A DNA stretch of 64,000 bases from Podarcis cretensis (lineage: Eukaryota), in the NCBI GenBank assembly GCA_951804945.1, contig OX638154.1:71982001-72046000 (forward strand). Direction: 5' to 3'. Numbering within the stretch: position 1 is the stretch's first letter; each line of letters starts with the position of its first letter. Shown in pieces: positions 35,601 through 48,807 of the stretch. The position numbers were made by a program, and so were the translations under genes. The notes under the pieces are model-generated. The model did no database searches, was not told the origin of the DNA, and was given only the letters and a program-made list of their open reading frames with translations.

Positions 35601-37504
35601 GAGCTGACTGTGGAGTTGGAATTGCATCAAAGGAACACTGATTCTGGCTCAAGAACCCAGTGCTAGGAGCACACTCTCAAAATTACATGGCTTTTGGGCA
35701 GCTTATCCTGAAAGGGAAACAGAACCCATGACAGATCATAAAAGTCCTCCCCCCACCCCCACCCCACCCCCACCCTCCTCATGTCCAGGCAACTGATGAA
35801 TCAAAAACTGAGGCAATTAAAACACCTGATATGCAGAAATCATTGACTGCCTGAATCCTGCACTGATCGAGGAGAAACAGCCAAGAGAATGATGAGGACG
35901 ATAAAAAGAAGAAGATATGACACTCAAAGCAGGAAGCACTTTTGATGCAGCAGCAGACAGAAGCCACTTTCCCTTCCCAGCACTCTTCTCTTTTCTGCTG
36001 TACTCATGTAGCACAGGAAAAAGGACTACAGGCAAGAAGTAGATAATAGCCCACTGAGGCTCATGGGGTTAAGTTATGTATCAAGACCCAGGTTTTACTG
36101 ACAAGCCTGGAACGGAAACCAATGAGCTGGTGGTTGTTTGCTAGCTTGATGTAGGAACAGACTACAGACTCCTTAAGACATTATTAGTATTATTATTCCC
36201 TACATCTGTAGATTTCAAGGCAGTTCACAACACAGCATTACAATATACAAGCCACAAAATACATAATAAAATTAAGAACAACCCAAACTAGGAAATAGGA
36301 GGGATAGATGTATACGGGCTACAGGCCACAAGGCAAGGGCCCTGATTTCTGCTGAAAGGACTCCCTGGATGTAAAGGTACAGTGCCCAGTGCAAACATTT
36401 CAGAGCCTAATACAACAAACAGCCATTCACTTAGCAACAATCAGTGTTTGTCCTGCAAGTGCAGCCTCATTGCGTCTCTGTAAGTTTACAGAAGGCAGCA
36501 GCACAATGGCAGTCAAATCTCAGGAAAGCAGATGGTAGGAAAATATGCAACAAGTGAGGCACAATAGGAGGAAATATGAAAGGTAGTTAGGGAATCCCCG
36601 AAAACAAGCGCACCCCCCCCCCTACATTTTCCAAGTGTAACACTGTTAAGTGACGCTCCATAGTGCAATGATCCAAAGGAAAAGGCTTGAAAAGCTAGTC
36701 AAGGACTTAAAAAGGGGAAAGATAGGTGGTTAAAGTTACGCAGCCTCCAGAACTCAAAATGTCCCCCCAAAAGTTGGTGATTCCTGGTCTATTACAAAAC
36801 ACCAACATTGAGGGAATTTAAGATATTAACTTAAACATAAATGAAATTCATAAATATCTGTTAATTTTGTAGCTAAGAGAGATCTAATTTAATACACAGA
36901 TGTTCAAAGAGTACAAACGCAGAACTTAACTATGAAGCGGGAACCGTGTAGCACATACAGAATCATCATGTTAAATCTTCTCTCCTACACCAAACGAGAA
37001 CTTTAGTTTTAAAATGGAAGTTCAAAACATATCTTGTTGCTGTATAATTGTGTTACTTGCTGATGAAGTTGCATGTTGTACAAACAAATTACCATGGCAA
37101 AAGATACATGCAAAACTTTCACATAATTGTTTTGCTATGCACCGGTAATCTATGTGAAGGAAAGATGACAGCTGTGCCACAAAGGTTATCTGGATTTATA
37201 TCAACCAAAACATGTCTGAAGCATACACTCAGGAGCTTAAACTCTGGCAGCTAATCATCACTACTGATGGGAAATTGATTGGGAGCAGTAGGGCTGCTTG
37301 TCAATGGAAGCCCCCACCAAATTACTTAATCAAAAGTATTTGCCACAAATCCTGTATCTGCCAATTTCCTAAAGAGGAGTTTGGGAAAATAGGTCAAAAT
37401 TATTAAATTTTGATTTGGGCAAAAATGTTCCATCTATGAAATACCTAGTAACTGTTTTGTTTCAAACAATGCAGTCCCAGCAGTTGTTGTCGTATACCTT
37501 AGAA

Positions 37505-37701
37505 CAGAGCTTTCCAAACTTTCCATGTTGGTGACACACTTTTTAGACATGCACCATTTCACGACTCAGTAATTCAGTTTTGCTAGCAAACTGGAGGTTA
37601 AATGAACCCCTTTCCAGCCCCGGGAGGAGCATGGGGAGCGTTCACGCAACACACCTACACCCTGCAGCCAACACACAAACGTGTCACGATATAAAGCTCT
37701 G
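37505..37701. mobile_element. hAT-type MITE
   Basis: TIRs cagagcttt / aaagctctg; perfect 8-bp TSD ccttagaa at 37497-37504 and 37702-37709. Confidence 0.9.
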
Positions 37702-38096
37702 CCTTAGAATTTTGTCCAGAGATTTTGATGAAGCTTGTTACAGAGCAAACTAGGGCACCGTTTCAAACCACAGCATACAAATTCTCACCTTGCTTACACA
37801 ATAATGTCTTTTAAACAGAGTCCACGCTACTTCTGGATTCGTATTATGAAATTGTAAGCTGCCCTGGAAATGCGAATGTGGCCCTGGAGGCACATAGTAC
37901 AAATCCCACATATATAAACAAAAATAAGTATTGATTAAGCACAGCTTATTGTTGAAGAGTTGTCCTTGTTACTTATACCAATTCCCATGCAGATTCATTC
38001 CATCAGGTCCAACACCAGATGTAAGCGGTATATTATTGATACTGGCCACTCCATGATCTTGATACAATTGGGACATTTCTGTGAGGCAAACAAATA

Positions 38097-38402
38097 CAGT
38101 GGTGCCTCGCAAGACGAAAAGAATCCGTTCCACGATTCTCTTCGTCTAGCGGTTTTTTCGTCTTGCGAAGCAAGCCCATTGACGGCTTAGCGGATTAGCG
38201 CTATTAGCGGCTTTTAGCGGCTTATCGGCTTAGAAAAGGGGGGGGGGGGAGGAAAAAAACCCCGCAGGAACTCGCAAGACATTTTCATCTTGCGAAGCAA
38301 ACCCATAGGAAATTCGTTTTGCGAAGCACCTCCAAAATGGAAAACTCTTTCGTTTAGCGAGTTTTCCGTCTTGCGAGGCATTCGTCTTGCGGGGCACCAC
38401 TG
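38097..38402. mobile_element. Young Tigger/pogo-like MITE
   Basis: 22-bp TIRs cagtggtgcctcgcaagacgaa / ttcgtcttgcggggcaccactg; TA duplication; CpG-rich. Confidence 0.92.
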
Positions 38403-38586
38403 TAGATTCTGTTGTGCTACATAATGTACAACTTTGCCCAAACTAAATCACACCAGTATGGGATGCCTGCTGCAAAATATCCTAATGGGATCATCTGGTC
38501 AATAGCTGAAAGACATAGAAAAACCTTTAATGCGAAAGCTATATTGATTGACTGAGCACTATACCATAGTCAATGATAGTCTAGAA

Positions 38587-38812
38587 CCGTGGTTCCCAAC
38601 ATGGGGCACACGCCCCACGGGGGGTAATTTGATTTTTAAGGGGGGCAATTCAAGAATGAGTTATTAACAGTGAATGGCATTTTAGGCTTTCTCCATGTGA
38701 ATAGGAGTTCACTTTTTGAATAAGAAGAATTATATGTAACCGGGGTGGGGTGGGGCATCAGGATTTTAGAGATGCTTAGGTGGGGCATGGCCAAAAAAGC
38801 TGGGAACCACTG
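38587..38812. mobile_element. hAT (Charlie-like) MITE
   Basis: TIRs ccgtggttccca / tgggaaccactg; 8-bp TSD gtctagaa / gtctggaa (NTCTAGAN-type target). Confidence 0.85.
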
Positions 38813-40835
38813 GTCTGGAATCATATTGTCTCTTTTTTCAGGGGTATGTGAAGATCAATCAGTAGCTTCAGGGACAGTCGAAGATACTGATGGTGCAATT
38901 ATATAGAGTTCTATCTGACCACTGGCTGACACTTGTTGGTTTCTGCAGCTGGCCAATTCTGAGCAACCATGAGCCTCCCATGAAATTTGGATCCATGTCA
39001 TGGATTTCAGATCTGCAAATGCCATATAAGCGCCACTTGACCCTCCTAACCTCCAAAATAAGGCCGTGTGTGTGTGTGCGCGCGCACGCACACACTTATG
39101 TGTGTACACACACAGACACACAATAGTGGTCTTCTTGCCTAACTACAGTTATGACAAAACCTAGTGGGAATAAATAGCTGATGCAACAAGCATTACATAA
39201 CTCTATGTAGTCATTTGTGGTTCTGGACAAGGCCATTGGGAACAGAAACATGGACTCTTTAATCTACTGTGGAGAGAATGAAACTTTAAGAAAAGGAATA
39301 GTTACTTCTATGTACGGTATTCATTTTATTTGGCATGTTTTCTTCCATGAATAAGAGAAAGTTGAGGTTATTCTCCCAATTAACACACACTGAGTTATAA
39401 AACACAAGTATCTTAATCTCCGTACTTTTAACATTCCCATCACAGGTCTTCACATTCTTACAAAGGTTGTATTTGCTGCCTGCCAAAAATTCACTAACCC
39501 TTGCAAAACAAACATGTTCCCTCTTCTCTGCCAAGGAAGGAAGGTCAAACCTCTCCTGACAAGGTCAGAGGAACAGTTCTAGTTCATTACTGTCGGAAAG
39601 AGATAAACAGAGGGATTCCCTTTTGGCAACATAAAATGGAAAATCATTCTGGGGATTCTTTTCGACAGCAACATGTAAGATTCCCATCTCAAAACCAGTG
39701 AAAGAAACAATCCTAAGAATACTATTCCCAGCTATGCCTTTATCCCCTTTTCACCTCAAAACACCAGCTCATATTCAGCTACATCCGTATACTATGACAT
39801 ATGTATTTATTGCTCCATTCTAAAGTTTCTAGAATGTCTGTGGGTTGTATGAACTTTTACAAAACAGTTAGAGGTCACAACGGTTAAAGTGATTTCAACA
39901 AGATGGTTACAGAATAGACCCTTGAGTTAAGGCATTATCAACACCCTATAAACGCACTGTTTGCTCTGTGCAACTCTTCAGATATACAGCATTTTGCTTT
40001 ATACTTTTGAAAATTCTGCTGTTAACCAGAGATAAGAACTGACTAGACACAGGCTAATTCCTTTAAGGTGGTGTTGGCAGACTGAATCATAAGTAAATCG
40101 AGATAATCAGTGAACTAATGAAAACGTTACAATGCTGGAATGTGAACATTCAAAGTGGGACAAGTTTCGATATTAAGGTCCCCCATATTTATTTGAAGAT
40201 CTATTGCATTTAATAACATTTAGCGACATTTTGATTGCTCCCTAATTGACTGCTTCTATACTACAAGGATTTCTTAGCAAACTTTTTGATTCATTTCTAG
40301 TCCATAAGGGGCAAATTAAACTGAGATGGTTGTTTTGGAAGGTGATTAATAAAGCAATGATGAGCATCATCATCATCATCATAATGACAACTAAATTGCT
40401 GCACTATCAACAGCCAGCACAAGGAGTCCTTAACAGAATAACAGGGCTTCCCACCATCTCCTCTTCCCGTGCCCCCAATCTGGGCACTAGGAGAAAGTGA
40501 TTGAACCTGGGACTTTCTGTATGAATAGCAGATGCTCTGAATGGCACTGAGCTGCAGCCACAGAAGGAGATGTCCACACACAGATTATTTGCTGGATCAG
40601 GAACTTCAGAGGCAAATCCAATTTATATCTGAAGGTAAGTGTTGCCTATTTGCATCCATTCACTTTTGATGGAGTGCATGGGCATACAAAAAGGCACCCC
40701 TATTAGTCACAGGTAGATACTTCTTAAATATGCAACTAGACCTGGAACAGAGCCAGTGTTGATCTACTAGCCAATTCACTAAAGGTTGGCCAGGTTTTCG
40801 ATAAAATGACAAAAGCCACCCTTGCTAACATACTA

Positions 40836-41080
40836 CAGTGGTACCTTGGGTAACATATGCTTCAGGTTACAGACGCTTCAGGTTACAGACTCCGCTAACC
40901 CAGAAATAGTACCTCGGGTTAAGAACTTTGCTTCAGGATGAGAACAGAAATCGTGCAGTGGCAGCGGCGCAGCAGCAGCAGGAGGCCCCATTAGCTAAAG
41001 TGGTGTCTCAGGTTAAGAACAGTTTCAGGTTCAGAACGGACCTCCAGAAAAAATTAAGTTCTTAACCCGAGGAACCACTG
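40836..41080. mobile_element. Tigger-like MITE, ~240-bp family, orientation A
   Basis: cagtggtacc TIRs, TA duplication. Homologous to 42431, 50794, 53490 and 58779. Confidence 0.92.
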
Positions 41081-42233
41081 TATTCATGGTTATTTCAAAG
41101 TGTATTTAATGTATGCAGGAGTTTTCTTACGAAGCATATGAGACAAAGCCAGCTTGTTTTTCAGCAGAATGTAAATACCCACAGGAAACTGACACAACAG
41201 AAGAAACAAAAGCAGATTCTACAGCAATGACTCTTAAACCCTTTTCGACTTTTAGGTATGCAAAGCTTTGTCAAGATCACACAAAAATGACGTACTTAAA
41301 GAGTAATTCGTTTCACCAAAAGTTTACTTTCCCTTGGAACAGTAGTGAGGGAACAGGAGGTAGAAAGCTTCTCAAGAACTCTCCTCATAGACCACAAGTT
41401 TTCTAAGCCACAGCTATAAACTAAGCTGTTATGCTTGGATGAAGTTCAACAGATCATGGTTACATTTTTAAAAGCAATTTTTTTTGTTGAGGACTGTCCA
41501 CTTGATTGCAGCTACTGGGTCTATAATCCATGCAAGTGCTAAAATGAATGGTAAAAAGTAGCAATCCTTAAAATACTTGCCATCCATCCCTGGTTTCTGC
41601 AGCTGCAAAGGAACTGGAAGTGTGCTCTTCAGTGTACCCGATTCTTTCTCCTTTACAGCAGCCGCTTCAAGTTTTGAGCCATGGCTTTAACTTTCCCATG
41701 CCTAACTTCTTATGGCATCAAGCCTGGGAAATGTGGGCGTGGCTCACCCAAAACGGCCTGACAGGCCTACCTCCATGGCCTTATGGGCCTAAATTTGGCC
41801 CACAGTCTGGAAGATCCCCACCAATACCATAAAAATAGTTAGCAAAGTTATATAGGAAAATAGCACTGATAGAACTTAAGGCACTAACAAAACCGAAAGG
41901 TAACCATCATCTTTACATATCCTTAAACTGAACTAGGAAATGTCTATTTGGGCATAAAAAACGGATATCACACAGCTGAAATAAGTATCCGTTCTGAAAG
42001 TAAAACTTAAGACTGACGTTTTATTGCAGATTTCCCATAACGAGGACTATATTACCTCAACGAAGAACAAAGACTTCAAACAGAGAGAGCATTAAGCACC
42101 AAAGTCTTACAAGACTCACTTGCAGTCTGTCTCTTTCCCACACTATGCTTGAATCAAGTCGCCAAATACATCTGTTCTACCATTAGCTTTAAAGAAAGTA
42201 AGCTCATCTTGAGATATCTTAATTGGTACACAA

Positions 42234-42838
42234 TGGCCTGGTTTGTGCATAAACCATGGTTTATTGCTTTAGCACCATATGCCTCAATAAGCCCACAGGA
42301 AGCATTGCACTTGCTGCTCCCCTGCAGCTGAGAGGCTGACTGATGCTTTGTTCAGTTTCAGTTTTACTGCACCCTGTAAGAAGTCAACATCAGACATGGG
42401 TTATGAAACCTTGGTTCAAATACAGTGGTACAGTGGTACCTCGGGTTACATACGCTTCAGGTTACATACGCTTCAGGTTACAGACTCCACTAACCCAGAA
42501 ATATTACCTCGGGTTAAGAACTTTGCTTCAGGATGAGAACAGAAATCGTGCTCCGGCAGCGCGGCAGCAGCAGGAGACCCCATTAGCTAAAGTGGTGCTT
42601 CAGGTTAAGAACAGTTTCAGGTTAAGAACGGATCTCCGGAACGAATTAAGTACTTAACCCGAGGTACCACTGTACCTCGGTTTACGAACTTAATCCGTTC
42701 CGGAAGTCTGTTCTTAAACCGAAACCGTTCTTAAACCGAGGCGGATATGCATAAGCTCACAGCTTCACTTGGGCCAGACTTGTTCAAGCCTGCCCACAGT
42801 GCTAAAGCATGGTTTAGCATTATGTGTGAACCAGGCCA
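42234..42838. mobile_element. Nested MITE cluster: old palindromic MITE > truncated Tigger-like MITE (42423-42744) > young Tigger-like MITE (42431-42672, orientation A)
   Basis: Outer TIRs tggcctggtt / aaccaggcca. The inner element is flanked by a duplicated TA inside the cagtggTAcctcgg TIR of the middle element. Confidence 0.85.
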
Positions 42839-44574
42839 ACCATCGATATGCAACCATCAAAGTAGATTCTGCAACAAAAGAAAAATATGTAAGGTGGAAT
42901 TTAATGGGTGTTGCTCTGCTGATGAAAGACATCTATCAGCAGAACGGACAAAGAGACACTTTTCAGCAACCTCTCTTCCTCCATGGAGCCTCTGCACTGA
43001 AGGGTTAGGGAATGGCTGGAAATTGCTTCCTTCCCTATTCTGCTGATGTATGCCTTCTACCAGTGAAGTTACACCCACTGAATTCCCATATGCTCCGATA
43101 CTAGCTTTCAGGCTGGAGTCTCCTACAATGGGATCCGCAGAATTACAGCACTAAACCAGCAGTCAATTGATGGGGTCCCCACCATACAAGGAGCAAAACC
43201 CTAGAACAGTGTTTAGGTCCTAAGAACATAAAGCAGAGACTCTTCACAAAAGAAAAAAGATATATCATTAATGGCTAGCGCAGGTGTCATGCTAGTCAAC
43301 TGTTTAAAGATCTAGCACAGGCCACATGGTTTAAGATCTGCACTGATATTAACCAGACTTAACTGTACCCTCGAGACACACCTAACTGAGCATTTGAAAC
43401 CAGGTAATGCTGGCTTTCTATGAGAAATAGCTCGAGAGAAAAGTTGTCCTGCAATAAAACTTTGTCACAGTCAAGCGTCAGAAAGTCATACCAGTCATTC
43501 ATGAATTATCACCAGGGTAGTGTTATACTTTGAATTAAAATAATTAATTAAGTATCTCAAACACTCATTTTGTTAATTAATATCAACTTCTTTGGTTACA
43601 AAGACTTGTCTGACCACTCTCCTGGGAAAAGGAGAAGGTGAACTTCCCTAACCAGATTGTATAATTTGGCAGCAGTTTCTTTCCTTCCTTTACTGGAAAA
43701 AGCAATATCCCCTACTGCATGAAGTCATTCTGAAGGCATCCCAAACATAAAGCACTAGACAAAGTTATTAATTTATTCTGAAGAGGACAAATAGATATTT
43801 CTAAAAGCAACGCAATGAACTGCAAAAAAAACCCATTGAGTATGCATCAGGTAAGCTTCACTTGGAACTGACTGCCCCCCAAAACAACAGAAAAAAAGGA
43901 AAAAAACCACCTACTGCGTTACCAGATGGCAAATTTGTTTTAGAGATTTATCCAGATTTTGATCATTAGCTTTTGCATCCTACTCAGAGTCTAGAATTTA
44001 GAATATTTAGCAAGTCTGTTTTTTTTACGCCATAGTTTTTCTTTACTGATACCTACCTGTTATCACCCTGAACACCTATACCTGATTTGTACAATATGAT
44101 TGTATTATTGGCATTTCAGATATTTTATTTTTGGAATTCTGGGTAACACACAATTCAGATACCCTCACAGAACTGGAGCCGGTCATGATTACGCAGAAGC
44201 AGATCCTAATGCTTTCAATGGAACTTACTCTAAAGTAAGGGCAACACTATATAACCATTTCCTAACCTCTCTGGGCAATTTACAATCCCGTCTTTCTTCT
44301 CCTTTTCACATTCCACCCTCTCTTTTGCCTGGGACTTAATTAGTTCAGCTCCCGTGCTGCATCTGTTGTTTCTGAGGTAGGCGAGTCTATTTATGGACTT
44401 CCTCTGTGGATGCTGTTAAGCGTGTAGATCTGTGGATTTCTCTTTGTCACCAAACCCAGAGCAAGAAAGAAAGGTAGGACTGGAAACCTGCTAGGACTGA
44501 AAAGGACTAAAAGCCACTGAGTGGGCTGGTGCTGTAGTGGGTGATACAGGATTGTGGCGCAGATTCCCCATTCT

Positions 44575-44714
44575 CGGTCTACATCTACCACAGTGGCTCT
44601 CCAGGGGTTCAGACAGTGGTCTCACCCCCAGTCCTACCTGGAGATGCTAGGGAATGAATGTGGGCTCTTTCACACACAAAACATGTGCTGCATCACTGAA
44701 CAGCAGCTCTTCCC
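44575..44714 (-). mobile_element. Squam3-like SINE, degenerate
   Basis: Reverse complement of the 13008-13178 family (ctacctggagatgc...cactga...ttccc). Confidence 0.65.
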
Positions 44715-44719
44715 TAAAG

Positions 44720-45070
44720 TAAAGGTAAAGGGACCCCTGACCATTAAGTCTAGTCGTGGCCGACTCTGGGGTTGCGGCGTTCATCTCGCTTTATTGGCCG
44801 AGGGAGCCAGCATACAGCTTCCGGGTCATGTGGCCAGCATGACTAAGCCGCTTCTGGCGAACCAGAGCAGCACACGGAAAGGCCATTTACCTTCCCGCCA
44901 GAGCGGTACCTATTCATCTACTTGCACTTTGACATGCTTTCGAACTGCTAGGTTGGCAGGAGCTGGGACCGAGCAACAGGAGCTCACCCTGTCACGGGGA
45001 TTCGAACCGCCAACCTTCTGATCAGCAAGCCCTAGGCTCTGTGGTTTAACCCACAGTGCCACTCGCGTCT
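44720..45070 (-). mobile_element. Full-length Sauria SINE
   Basis: Reverse complement of 11288-11634; flanking taaagta repeated on both sides. Confidence 0.92.
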
Positions 45071-45251
45071 GTAAAGTACCACAAGTGAAAAGAAAGTAAC
45101 TGCGTTCTTCCATGCATGTCTTGCGTTTTGGACCTAAGGGACAACATTTCGCTCCACATTCTTCTAAGCTGGCCATTTTATAGCTGCCTTACTACTCAAA
45201 AGGTATATGGAGATACAGAGTTTGCTGCTTTGTAAAACAAAAATCTCTTAC

Positions 45252-45332
45252 CTGATGGAGTTTTGTGGTCTGTTTTCCACTTTCATTAAAATTCGTATGT
45301 CTGACTGAGGGGACATTGCATAGGTTTTTAAT
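45252..45332 (-). CDS. ZNHIT6: ZNHIT6 exon 8
   Basis: ttcag|A...AG|gtaaga, 81 nt. Translates LKTYAMSPQSDIRILMKVENRPQNSIR. Confidence 0.92.
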
Positions 45333-45525
45333 CTGAAATGAAAGGCGTAACATTAGATAAACCTTGCCACGTAACAAGAAATCTGTTTCATTCCAAACAA
45401 ACCAGACCAAGTAATGTGCTTGTTGGGTGTAAGCCACGATGCATCACAAGACTGCCCAATATGCTTTAATGACTGATTTGTATCTCAACAGAACGTTAGG
45501 ATGCTAAATATTTAGAAGCATGTAC

Positions 45526-45606
45526 CTTTGATGAATGACAGGATCAGAATCTTGAGGATCAACATACCACTTTAGAATGTCATACAGTGGCTTATCATCT
45601 GCGACC
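45526..45606 (-). CDS. ZNHIT6: ZNHIT6 exon 7
   Basis: aag|G...AG|gtacat, 81 nt. Translates VADDKPLYDILKWYVDPQDSDPVIHQR. Confidence 0.92.
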
Positions 45607-46384
45607 CTTTACACAAAAAGACAAAAGTGAATCAATCATGAAGCTTAATACTGGCAAGAACTAGAATAATCAGGTTAACATGTGTGAAACTGTAGTTATA
45701 TAAGCCCCAGTGTCAGAGCTGTGGAAAAGGCTATAGCACAAGAGCACATTCAAGAAGAAAAGAGGACCTGACTTCTCTGACACCGGTACAAGAATACCAA
45801 GGGCCTTTGAGGAAAGGTTTTCCTGTTCTAAATGTCTCATTTCCATAATACAGAGATGAGCTGGTGCTTTAATTTTAAAGAAATCTTCCACATCTTTCAA
45901 TCTATTCTATGGGAAGACAAGCTTTCTCCCACCTTTTCTAGATAAGAAATTATAGCTGGGAGAGTGCCTAACTAAGTAATGGTAGTCACCAAGCAAGATA
46001 CAAAGTGGATGGTAATAATTCAAGAACATCTATGTGTTGCAACAGGGTCGGCAAAATATAATGATCAGAGCTGCCCTTGACTGCATGATGAATGGATAAA
46101 TTAAACCTAAAAACTATGGAACACATTCAGTTTTATAACAGATCAGTTACACTTCTCAGTAGTAAAGATGGACATTTTAAAACAATAGGTTTTAAACCAA
46201 ACCACAGAAACAGTATCTTAAAATCAAGATTTAAATTTTATGCTATGAATTCAGTTTATTGTTTAGCCAAGAAGGCTGCAATAATCATTTTTATGAAACA
46301 AAAAGCAAAACAAGCTGTGATACAATACAACGGTAGCGGTTTACATTTCATGGTAAGCAGAGGCTAACAAAAACATTTGGGTAC

Positions 46385-46453
46385 CTTTTTTCTGTGAATT
46401 TAGCATGACTATGAGGAAATAGAAGCTTCAAGTGCCAGTAGAACTTTTGTTCC
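46385..46453 (-). CDS. ZNHIT6: ZNHIT6 exon 6
   Basis: ttcag|G...AG|gtaccc, 69 nt. Translates EQKFYWHLKLLFPHSHAKFTEKR. Confidence 0.92.
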
Positions 46454-48507
46454 CTGAAACAAAACCAGCGCAGACTATTAATACTTCATTATGTAAACTA
46501 TTAATCACAAATGCAATTGCCTGAGCTCTGTGGCAGAGAGTCCAAAATAAACAAGGTGGTAGGAAAAGGTAGATCAATATCATCACGAAAGGATTGTTCA
46601 CATGATCACTTATGCAGGTAACAAACTTCTTAAAATCACTTCCACCTTGGGTTGTTTATACAAGTCAATTCAACCCAACACTGAACAGAACTAATGACTA
46701 CTGCATCATTCAAAGCACAATGGTGCCTTTACATTCTGTATAGCTTAAAATGTATGAACTGCTGCTTCCCTGATATTTAAGATGTGATAATACTTCTTTT
46801 ATTATACAAGGCTATATATATATATAAATACAAGTATCAAGTTTACGAGGCTCTGATATCAGTGACTGGAAACAATGCACTGTTGCCATAGCAAAGTTAC
46901 TTTGACTATTGGGCAGATAAAACATTCAGCTGAGTCCAACTTGCTACAGAAACATGCACAGTAGCAAAACAGTAGACAAATCTGTTGCTATGTACAATTA
47001 AATATTCACTTGAGATATTGTTGGATTGATCAGTCTAGTAACGAGCAAAGCACTTTGCAATATTTACACAGAAAGCAAAATGCAAGTTTCGCTAGCGTGA
47101 AGATGCCATGTTTTAGTAGCTGACCAGGCAGAAAACGAGTATGCTGTAAAACATATTCTGGATGGGATTTGCAGTCCAATGATGGGATTTTGAGGTCCAC
47201 AGGATAGCCACCCTTGCTGTACAAGGGATCCACTCGATTACAGAATAAATGGCAGCTGAAAGTGGATTTCCTGAGGCTATTTGTTTTCATGTCCAATGCC
47301 CCATTCTCCCTTACCCCTGAGGAATCTCACTGCCATGAATGTAGGAAATTTAATCTGAATTAGTTTACTAGAATTCACAAGATCACATAACACGCTTAGC
47401 TGTAGCTCTTTCCTTTTTTTTTTTAAAGGTAAGAGTAATCAAAAGGCAAGTTATGAGAAAGAAAAATGGGCTAAGGTTTTGGAAACATTAACCACAAGTT
47501 ATATAAACCACTTGTTGCATTGACATGGATGTCAAGTGGGGCAAAATTAAGCCAAAGTAATTATGAAAAGGTTTATTCTTCTTTAACTAGTGGTGACTTG
47601 TTTGTCCACTGGATAGGGGCCACCACATGCTAAGCCTCTGCTTTTTAGCCAGTCTAATCATGAGTCCTTGAGGGGGTCTGTCCACAAGGCTGCAAAAAAT
47701 AACACTGAGGTATGTTAAGAGGAACGGTGGAACCACAGGCATGGGAGGGCAATAGCTACTACCCAAACATAATTATACGTAAGTGCATTACTTCATTCTG
47801 TTCAGAACTAGACATTAAGGAGGGGAAATGAGAACCGGGATATGCAATAGCATTTTCAAACGACCCAACTGCTGCTTTAATACAGACCTTAAACTTATTT
47901 AAGAAATTTATATCCCATCTTTCTCACAGAGCCTCCAAGATGGCTTGTCTTGCACCAGTAATTTTTTTTTTTGGGGGGGGGGGGTAAAGGAGGTCTGCAT
48001 AGGTGAAGCAGCATTCATTCCTGAACCTTAATGCATGTACAGCCAGGCTTAATTCACTTTTCAGTAAATGAGGTCCCTGCAGTGTTATATATGTCTCATA
48101 AGCTTCTGTAAACAACACAGATCCAGACTAATTAAGTGATTATAGTCTCCTGTGAACCCCCGCCCCCACCTAGAAATCTCATTAAAGTACATGAATGCTG
48201 AGCCTTTTATGACACACCGACCACTGAAGCGCCAGTGTGACATAGTTGAGTTCCTAAACCACGTAAGGCACCAGAGAAGCCTCTGTTTTACTGAAGCGTA
48301 GCTAAGCATCAGTAACAACCCACTAGAGATTTGATATATAAGCAAGAAAGTTGTGCTAACTTTACTGCAAGCTCAACTATTTTTTGATCCCTATAATTGG
48401 TATAACAAGACAATTCACCTAGAACTGATTGAAGTCCATTTTCATGGTACACAAATGACTTACCAGAAAGGCCTCACAAGAGCAGGAAAACTACCTTGCT
48501 AGGTGCA

Positions 48508-48807
48508 TAATAATAATAATAATAATAATAATTTATTACTTATACCCTGCCCATCTGGCTGGGTTTCGCCAGCCACTCTGGGCGGCTTCCAACAAAATAT
48601 TAAAATACAATAATTAATCAAATATTAAAAGCTTCCCTAAACAGGGCTGCCTTCATTGTCTTCAGATGTCTTCTAAAAGTCCAATAGTTGTTTATTTCTT
48701 TGAGATCTGATGGTGTTCCACAGGACGGGTGCCACTACCGAAAAGGCCCTCTGCCTGATTCCCTGTAACTTCGCTTCTTGCATTGAGGGAACCGCCAGAA
48801 GGCCCTC
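48508..48807 (-). mobile_element. L2-clade LINE 3' end (same family as 24328-24823)
   Basis: (TAA)n tail, then ataccctgcccatctggctggg..., the reverse complement of the 24530-24820 sequence. Confidence 0.88.
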
